IMG/VR virus record: IMGVR_UViG_3300045999_008996
Coordinates: 62,001 to 126,000 of that record
Reading direction: 5' to 3' (one strand)
Length of the DNA stretch: 64,000 nucleotides
The position numbers and the translations under genes were made by a program. Of this stretch, positions 57,078 to 64,000 are shown piece after piece. Every line of letters starts with the position of its first letter. Position 1 is the stretch's first letter. Under the pieces are notes generated by a model, which saw nothing but the letters and a program-made list of their open reading frames with translations, was not told where the DNA came from and did not search any database.

Positions 57078-59780
57078 TTATTTTGCCCCTAATGCGATAA
57101 TAAATGGTGTTACTGTATTTAGCAGACTACGCTCAAACGCTCTTCCGCGAATTGTGCCAGTTGCCTGATCGATGATCATATCCTCACCAATAGCAAAATT
57201 CCCATCCTGATCGGTGCTAGTATAAACGACTTCGCCACCATTCATTTTGACAACTTCATTTGCTTGAATTGTTACTCCACCCTTTGAAGGTCTAGCAATT
57301 TCAATAGTATTTCCTGCACCAATGTATTCAAAAGAGTGTGAGGAAACAATTTGCAAACTCTGTCGTTGAAGATATGCAGTAGTTCCAATTCCAACATCAT
57401 TATTTAAAGGTTGGGCGAGAGTAACTGTTGATACTCCCGCAACAGGAGTAGTCGCAGAACGTACTTGATAATAAATTGGTCTAACATTTGGAACAGCTAC
57501 AACTCCAGATCCACCACCACCAGAAAATGTGACTGCTACCGGTAAATCACTGAAACGATAATTTCTTCCATTACCAATCACATTGATTCTTACTACCTTT
57601 CCATTTTCAACTTCTGCAACTGCTTCGGCAGCAATGTTAGAAGGTCCTGTTGGAGATGTTGTAAATATAACTGCAGGTGGTTCAGTATATCCAGATCCAC
57701 CATCAAAAATAGTAACACTTTCAATTTGATAATATAATTCATCAAAGTAAAGTGCTTGACCAGAATATGGTTTCTCTTGGCCCACACCACCAATAACAAT
57801 ACTTAAATCACCTTCACTTGCATTTGAAGAAGTGATACCAGTGTATCGATAATTGGATAATGTTGTTGGAGAACTAACACCATTCGAAACAAGTCCTTTT
57901 GTTCCAAATGAAGAGTTTGAATTGGTGATATCACATTGCCCACCACTTTCAGTTATGATTGCTTGATCGTTGCAAATTGTGAATATTGAAACTAATTGGG
58001 CATATGCGCCATTAGAAATTTTAACCCCAATACCACCCTGATTATATTGAGTATAAGAGTCAACACTCATCATACCCGTGATTCCCATATCTTCTTTATC
58101 GCCGGGGTCAGCGTCAAATCCATCAACTTTCATCCCAATGCTGTTAGGAATAAAGTTAGTGCAGTTACGAATATAAGGTCCCTTCGTGACATTACCTACA
58201 CCCTGTGATGGAATTGTATTTGGATTGGTTGTCCCAATACCAGCGTTTCCGGGATAAGTTAAATTAAATACAGTTCCCACTGCAGTTGTTCCAACACCAA
58301 TGATTGTTGTAACAACTCCTACACACGAATAAAGTGCAGAGACAACATTTGTACAAGAGTTGATATCAATATTTGATCCTGTACTTGGATCTGCTTGAAT
58401 GCTTACATCTCTTAGTTGAGTATATTGATTTTGATAATTACCAGTCCAATAAACATTATTAATACAAGATTTTGCAATTCCTGCAGCATAATTTAATGCG
58501 TCAATAGTTGTGGTTCCAATACCAGCATTAATCACGCCACCAGTGAAGAAGGATAAACCAACACCGACACATTTGGAATTTCCCCCTCTTGTTATATCGT
58601 GACAGGCTGCAAGACAAGTTGATTTAATGTAATTTCTATAATTTGCAGTATTAATTGCTACCACAGGATTTTGGTATGCAGTACTACTGATGTAACCAAC
58701 AGTTTCTTCTGCAATATAATTCAGATTATAACGAATCATCCTAGCAGCATCAAAGAAGCGATCACTTGAAACTCCAGTAGGATCAAGTGGTTTAAAAGCA
58801 ACTACTGCGGCATTATTGGATGCAGATTGTCCCTGAAAAGATAAATCAGTAAGATGAGTTCCATTAGTAACATGAAATAGATCACTTGCAGGATCGTTCG
58901 GAATAACAATACAATTTCTTAATTCAGCTCCTTCAATAGAGACGTTTTCTGAGAGAACTATAGGATTTAATTCAGTGTATGTTCCAGGTGAAACTTTAAC
59001 AGTATCTCCAGAACTTGCAATACCAACTGCCGCTTTAACAGTTGCCTTTGGATAATCTAAAGTTAATCCGTTGTTTGCATCGCTACCATTTTTTGCGACA
59101 TATATTGTTTTTCCGGGTGGATTAGAAGTAACAACTCCAACTGCAGTAACAGCAATATCTACAGCATTACTTCCAGAACTCGTTACGGTTACGCCCGCTC
59201 CAGTAAAGTTAAGAGTTGTAATTGAACTTGCAGATCCAATTATAGACCCATCCTTTTTAACCGTAATTCCAATAGCAACTACTTCACCAATACCAGCAGG
59301 TATAACATCTGTTGCAAGAATTTCAACTGTTTCTCCACCAAAACAAGCTTCATTTAAAATTACAACAGTCCCACTACTAGCATCAAATTCATCTGGTGCT
59401 AAACGAACACCATTAATGTAAACTTCAGCAGACCCTACTGCATACGTAAGAAAAAATTGAATTTGTCCAGGACTAGCAACCGAGTATGATGAGTTTCTAG
59501 TAAGTCTGGACCAAGTAACGCCAGTTCCAGTGGATGTTAAATAAAACTTATCTTTTCCCGTTGTCCCACCAATGCTAACATACCCATCAAGAACCAAATT
59601 CTTAATGGTCGTAATTCCTGAGACAGTTAAACTAGTAGCACCAATTCCTCCATTGACATGAAGAGTATGACTTGGATTAGTAGTTGCAATGCCAACTTTA
59701 TTGGTACCAGCATCTGCTACAAGTAAACTTGTATCGACCTCTAATCCGTTTTTTATAACGAATGATTTATTGATAGCCAT
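57078..59780 (-). CDS. Cyanophage-type fibre/virion protein with beta-helix (pectin lyase-like) region
   Basis: FVIKNGLEV start; YVAKNGSDANNG; PYIRNCTNF; VDSYTQYNQGGIG...GAYAQLVSIFTI. Confidence 0.8.
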   Translation of the reverse strand: MAINKSFVIKNGLEVDTSLLVADAGTNKVGIATTNPSHTLHVNGGIGATSLTVSGITTIKNLVLDGYVSIGGTTGKDKFYLTSTGTGVTWSRLTRNSSYSVASPGQIQFFLTYAVGSAEVYINGVRLAPDEFDASSGTVVILNEACFGGETVEILATDVIPAGIGEVVAIGITVKKDGSIIGSASSITTLNFTGAGVTVTSSGSNAVDIAVTAVGVVTSNPPGKTIYVAKNGSDANNGLTLDYPKATVKAAVGIASSGDTVKVSPGTYTELNPIVLSENVSIEGAELRNCIVIPNDPASDLFHVTNGTHLTDLSFQGQSASNNAAVVAFKPLDPTGVSSDRFFDAARMIRYNLNYIAEETVGYISSTAYQNPVVAINTANYRNYIKSTCLAACHDITRGGNSKCVGVGLSFFTGGVINAGIGTTTIDALNYAAGIAKSCINNVYWTGNYQNQYTQLRDVSIQADPSTGSNIDINSCTNVVSALYSCVGVVTTIIGVGTTAVGTVFNLTYPGNAGIGTTNPNTIPSQGVGNVTKGPYIRNCTNFIPNSIGMKVDGFDADPGDKEDMGITGMMSVDSYTQYNQGGIGVKISNGAYAQLVSIFTICNDQAIITESGGQCDITNSNSSFGTKGLVSNGVSSPTTLSNYRYTGITSSNASEGDLSIVIGGVGQEKPYSGQALYFDELYYQIESVTIFDGGSGYTEPPAVIFTTSPTGPSNIAAEAVAEVENGKVVRINVIGNGRNYRFSDLPVAVTFSGGGGSGVVAVPNVRPIYYQVRSATTPVAGVSTVTLAQPLNNDVGIGTTAYLQRQSLQIVSSHSFEYIGAGNTIEIARPSKGGVTIQANEVVKMNGGEVVYTSTDQDGNFAIGEDMIIDQATGTIRGRAFERSLLNTVTPFIIALGAK

Positions 59781-59806
59781 AGGTGGAGAGCGCCAACCTT
59801 TTTACT

Positions 59807-59818
59807 TATTTATAAATA
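59807..59818. promoter_or_regulatory. Palindromic back-to-back late promoters TATTTATAAATA
   Basis: TATAAATA on both strands between divergent genes 59780(-) and 59844(+). Confidence 0.75.
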
Positions 59819-59843
59819 CTAAAAAATACTTTTAGGAAATCAT

Positions 59844-60263
59844 ATGTCTTCGCAAGTATTGAGTGGTGCTTCCAACCCTTCTTATACAAATAATACTGGT
59901 CAGAATGTGAGAATTGTGATTAACTTCATGAGAAATGTAACTGCAATTAACTGGGCAGGAGTTAGTGCAACTGCATCTAGTTGTACTATTGGTAGGAATC
60001 TTGCTTATACACAATCAGTTACTGAAGGTACCACTGTAGATTCTACAATAGTTACTTCAAAAAGTGCATTTATATATAGTGCTGGTTTTGGTCCGAATGA
60101 TATAGTAAACACAATAAAAATACCAAGTAGTACGGTGGTATCCTCCGGAAATAATATGGGCGGAAATAACTCTCTTCCAACAGAATTGATGCTTGCTTCA
60201 GGTCAAACTTTCAGTGCTATCTGCAGTGCATATAATATAGTAGTCATCCCCGAAGCAGGTTAA
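59844..60263 (+). CDS. Small virion-type protein, the only plus-strand gene
   Basis: SYTNNTGQNVRIVINF...LPTELMLASGQTF; AGGA RBS; own late promoter. Confidence 0.8.
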   Translation: MSSQVLSGASNPSYTNNTGQNVRIVINFMRNVTAINWAGVSATASSCTIGRNLAYTQSVTEGTTVDSTIVTSKSAFIYSAGFGPNDIVNTIKIPSSTVVSSGNNMGGNNSLPTELMLASGQTFSAICSAYNIVVIPEAG

Positions 60264-63200
60264 TCAGATAGGCATACTGAATCCACGAGTGGTGAATGGA
60301 TAGAGATTTGCAGAACCTCCACCACTCGCACTAATTGTAACTTCACCAGTTCCACTTGTTGGAGTTACTAAAACACCTGCTCCTGCAATAATCTTGGTGA
60401 CTCCACTGTTACTAATAGTCGCAAGGGTAATACCAGAACCAACAGTGGCATAAGAAATATTAATACCAGTTCCTGCGGCAACCTCTTGATTTGATACTTG
60501 TTTCCAAGCAAGAGTTCCAGTTCCATCAGTGTAAAGAACCTGTCCACTTGTTCCATAAGAAGTCGGAAGTGTAAAGATTAAATTAGAAGACAGTGACCCT
60601 ACCTGAAGTCCAACATAGTTGGTTCTATCAGACTCATAGATTCTTACTGCTCCAGTAACAGCAGCATTTCCAACGACATCAAGAGCAGCAAGAGTTGTTC
60701 CAGTTTTAATGCCAACATTACCTGCACCATCAATAATAAATGGTGTATTATCACTAGCGCCATTTTCAACTCTTACAATATCAGTTCCTGCAGAAGTTTT
60801 GATATAAAGTGAGATTTCATTATCTGCAACAATCTCAACCTTTGCTGTCGGTTGAGTGGAACCAAAACCAACTGAACCAGTGTTAGTAAAGAAAGTTGAA
60901 TCTGGAATGTTAGTAGCACTTCCAAATCTTAACTGGGAAAGATTGGGATCGTAGAATCCAATTGGAACACCAGCAAACATATCATTATCATTCCACTGAA
61001 GTGAATTGTAAGGTGCTCCAGGGAAACTTCCACCAAGACTTACTTTTTCAACAAAAATTGTTGCAATACCAACATCTGCAGATCCTACAACGCTAACAGC
61101 AGCACCAACAAAGTTAAGTGACTTAACTCTTCCCAAGAAGTTTGCTGCATTTGCTCCTGTATAAATTCCAATTCTTGGATCTCCATCAAAAGTTAAAGTG
61201 CTAATACCAGAATTTGCATCATAAGTTACGCCAAAAGTAAATCCAGTTGCAACAAGATTGAGTAAAGTTGAAAACCCAACATAAGTTCCTGCTGATGCAA
61301 TTCCAACACCAGGACCACCAACAAATCCAAATGGTTCCCACTTGTTTTCAGTCACATAAGTCCAACCAGCAAATTCATATTTACTTGGTTCTGAGTTGAA
61401 GGAAATATCACCATAGTTTCCTGGAGTCGTTGGTTTTGCCTTGGTGATGCTCAACTTTCTAGAAATTTGCTCATCACCTTGAATAAACAACGAATTTGCT
61501 TCAATATCGGCATTTGTAGTAACTTTATTATTAAAGACTACGGGACCATCAAACTCGGACACAACATTCTTATCTCTTCCACCTTCAACTCTTACAGAAC
61601 CTTCAACAAATAATTTTTGAGTATCTGTAATATTAACAATTTCTGAAGTATTCTTTTCTCCAGTATTTGTAGGAACTGGGGTATCGAAGGTTTCTTCTTT
61701 ACCTGTTGCCGAATTGATCTTTTTATTGCCGGCAAAGAAATCCCCGTCACTGTTCATACCAGTATAAACGATCAAACCACCATCAGTTTTAGTAGATTGT
61801 GCTAAGAAAGTTTCTTCCTTACTTAAGTTACGGTCTTGTTTATCTGGTAAAGATGTCGAATAATTACCAGGACCAAATCCAAGATATTCAAAAGTATGAC
61901 CAGATGCACGAATAATTGAGTTGCGACGAAGTTCAACAGGAGTTACTTTAATTCTACGAACAAGTGAACCTGCAAGGTGAGTCTCTCTTGGAGAACCCAA
62001 AACAGATCTAAAGATTTCTAAAGAATTTGAAGTAACTGCTTGCTTGATTCTAAAGATTTCATTATTAATTAACAGATAATCGCCAAGATTTAATCCAAGA
62101 GAGACCGCATTTGGAACATTCAATGTAGTTGAATCCAAATCAGTTGCAAGAATTGAAGTTCCAAGAGTTGTTGTAATTCCAGCATACTGATAATCTAAAC
62201 GACCTGAACTATTTTCAGTATCTTTATCTAAGTTACCACCATAAGAAGTTAACGTAGGACGATAAGCATATAGAGTTCCTGTAGGTGAGATAGAAGTTGT
62301 TGCACCAATACCAATATTAATATCTACAAGTGAATTTCCAACAGGACTATAAAGTTTTTTAACAATAAAATCTCCATTAAATGCAGATTGGTTTGCACCT
62401 CTAATAACAACTTTATTATCAACTCTAAATCCATGACTGGTTGTAAATCCAACAGTTGCAAGTCCGGTTACAGAGTTATAAACAAACGTAGACACTCCTA
62501 CGGTTTTCCCCGTAAATACATATCCAGAAGAAGCAGTTACTGTTGATCCTAATCCTACAGTTGAAAATCCGGAAATTGTCTCACTAGAAATTACATTAAT
62601 TTCTTTTGTTTTACCTGTAGAAATTCCAGAAACTCTGTAAATTGTGTTATATTCAGAGTTTGATGTAGAGGGAATTCCAAAAATTTTAAGAGTGTCCTCA
62701 ACATTATTAGAAATAGATTCAACTCTTACAACACCTATGGTGTGACTTGCAGTAGTTGCGACACCAACAACCGTAAGAGTATTTCCAATACCATATGCAG
62801 AACCACCATCAATAATCTGAACTCCAGTGATTGCACCTGCAGTAACAGAAATTCTTGCAGTTGCATTTGCTCCTGTAGTCGATCCAGCAAAACCTACCAA
62901 TCTAGCATTATAAAGATTTCCAGTAAAACTACCAGTCGATCCATAATTGCTACCACTACTTACAATACTAACTGTGGTGATTCCAGAAAGTCCATGATCA
63001 ATTGCAGTATAAATTGTGTGGGCGGTTCCGCTAGATGATTGAATATTCGTAATACCATACCCAACAATATAGGATTCTAAAGTCTCTTTAGTAATACTTT
63101 TTCGTGGATCATTTACTACAACTTTTCCAATAATGTCCGGAAGAGCATGAGAATCTGAAGCATCTAAATCAGATTCTGGATTGTCATTATTCGATTGTGG

Positions 63201-64000
63201 ATAAAGATTATCAATTGGTTGAGCGAATGATTCATCCCTAAATGGAGTAACTGTTGGTTTGTTTGAATAGTTAATTAGAGTCAAATAGTAAACACCATCT
63301 TGCACATTGGCAATGTATGGTTGAACTACTTGGGTTCTATAGACTTGATAGGTTTTTGTATATCTCTTTCTTCTAAAGTATGGAAGACTTGAAGTTCTGC
63401 TAGAAGTATCGTTTACAAAAGAACCAAGAGATGTTGTCACCGTATAAGTGAATTCCTTTGCACTTGGAATTGATGTTACGGTATATGTACCATTGTACCC
63501 TGAAGGAGATACATTAACGACTTCAATTTCTTCACCAACTTTTAAATTATGCGGAATTTCTGCACGAATTGTAACAGTGCCTGAAGAGTAAGAAGCATTT
63601 GCAATAAACTTAGGATTTCTAAGTAAAGTTGAATTTGAAATTGCACCAGAACTATTATAAAGTTGTCCAATTTCAGTAGTACCAGTTCCTATGATGTTGT
63701 TAGATTCTTGAAGAATAAATCCATCAGTCGGTGGTTTTGCTGTAGTAGAAGAATTTTTTGGAAGAACATAACGAACTCGATAGAGAGTATCAACTAAACT
63801 TCTAGAGTCTGGTTTACGTGTTACATAAGATCTTGTAGTTGCATCACCAAGACCCGAAACTCCTGAAGAATTAATTATGTTATAAATTCCATTATCTGTA
63901 GTATCTACGTTTACATACCACTGATTATCAAATTGAACTGGATGACCAATATCTCCTGGATTCTTATCAGAAACTCTACTTACAATACTTAAAGTTCCCC
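60264..64000 (-). CDS. Large cyanophage-type tail fibre/virion structural protein, 5' end beyond window
   Basis: Frame stays open from 63440 to the window edge (…VSDKNPGDIGHPVQFD…LYRVRYVLPK…); SIIRASGHTFEYLGFGPGNYST motif. Confidence 0.85.
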   Translation of the reverse strand, partial: GTLSIVSRVSDKNPGDIGHPVQFDNQWYVNVDTTDNGIYNIINSSGVSGLGDATTRSYVTRKPDSRSLVDTLYRVRYVLPKNSSTTAKPPTDGFILQESNNIIGTGTTEIGQLYNSSGAISNSTLLRNPKFIANASYSSGTVTIRAEIPHNLKVGEEIEVVNVSPSGYNGTYTVTSIPSAKEFTYTVTTSLGSFVNDTSSRTSSLPYFRRKRYTKTYQVYRTQVVQPYIANVQDGVYYLTLINYSNKPTVTPFRDESFAQPIDNLYPQSNNDNPESDLDASDSHALPDIIGKVVVNDPRKSITKETLESYIVGYGITNIQSSSGTAHTIYTAIDHGLSGITTVSIVSSGSNYGSTGSFTGNLYNARLVGFAGSTTGANATARISVTAGAITGVQIIDGGSAYGIGNTLTVVGVATTASHTIGVVRVESISNNVEDTLKIFGIPSTSNSEYNTIYRVSGISTGKTKEINVISSETISGFSTVGLGSTVTASSGYVFTGKTVGVSTFVYNSVTGLATVGFTTSHGFRVDNKVVIRGANQSAFNGDFIVKKLYSPVGNSLVDINIGIGATTSISPTGTLYAYRPTLTSYGGNLDKDTENSSGRLDYQYAGITTTLGTSILATDLDSTTLNVPNAVSLGLNLGDYLLINNEIFRIKQAVTSNSLEIFRSVLGSPRETHLAGSLVRRIKVTPVELRRNSIIRASGHTFEYLGFGPGNYSTSLPDKQDRNLSKEETFLAQSTKTDGGLIVYTGMNSDGDFFAGNKKINSATGKEETFDTPVPTNTGEKNTSEIVNITDTQKLFVEGSVRVEGGRDKNVVSEFDGPVVFNNKVTTNADIEANSLFIQGDEQISRKLSITKAKPTTPGNYGDISFNSEPSKYEFAGWTYVTENKWEPFGFVGGPGVGIASAGTYVGFSTLLNLVATGFTFGVTYDANSGISTLTFDGDPRIGIYTGANAANFLGRVKSLNFVGAAVSVVGSADVGIATIFVEKVSLGGSFPGAPYNSLQWNDNDMFAGVPIGFYDPNLSQLRFGSATNIPDSTFFTNTGSVGFGSTQPTAKVEIVADNEISLYIKTSAGTDIVRVENGASDNTPFIIDGAGNVGIKTGTTLAALDVVGNAAVTGAVRIYESDRTNYVGLQVGSLSSNLIFTLPTSYGTSGQVLYTDGTGTLAWKQVSNQEVAAGTGINISYATVGSGITLATISNSGVTKIIAGAGVLVTPTSGTGEVTISASGGGSANLYPFTTRGFSMPI

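Noticed and set aside
1614-59421. Numerous short plus-strand ORFs in the track
   Set aside because: They lie antisense to tightly packed minus-strand genes and have no recognisable motifs. Only 59844..60263 has a promoter, RBS and free space.
51978-59789. 7-nt complementarity between leaders of 51970 (GUGGAGA) and 59780 (UCUCCAC)
   Set aside because: Too short to exceed chance; the first is simply an SD-like sequence.
60264-63440. Track start at GTG 63440 as the true start
   Set aside because: The frame is open to the window edge; the gene is truncated by the window.

Overview
This is a 64-kb fragment of a large T4-like (Kyanoviridae-type) myophage genome, most likely a cyanophage. The assignment rests on T4-type late promoters (TATAAATA/ATAAATA), cyanophage-style fibre proteins and one cyanobacteria-type small protein. 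Nearly all genes are on the minus strand. Left arm (1-17.9 kb): about 60 small, mostly hypothetical early-type ORFs punctuated by six copies of a promoter/stem-loop motif. It also holds a ParB/DGQHR-like gene, DUF4385, RlpA, a HExxH peptidase and two free-standing homing endonucleases (GIY-YIG-type and HNH-type). Right part (17.9-64 kb): tail-fibre/virion genes (7-blade Asp-box propellers, 3x6 Kelch-like propellers, collagen-like fibres with S74 chaperones) interleaved with two blocks of glycosyltransferases, methyltransferases, 2OG-Fe(II) oxygenases and a sulfotransferase. Top candidate for a new system: both unrelated endonucleases carry the same ~105-bp upstream cassette. Its order is late promoter, hairpin carrying an antisense to the endonuclease leader, terminator, second late promoter, leader, ATG. 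The layout is conserved while the sequence covaries, which suggests a dedicated antisense sRNA or RNA switch. Second candidate: a phage-encoded fibre glycosylation/modification system. I found no tRNA, rRNA, CRISPR array, reverse transcriptase or integrase. All family assignments come from motif recognition by eye; no database search was run.
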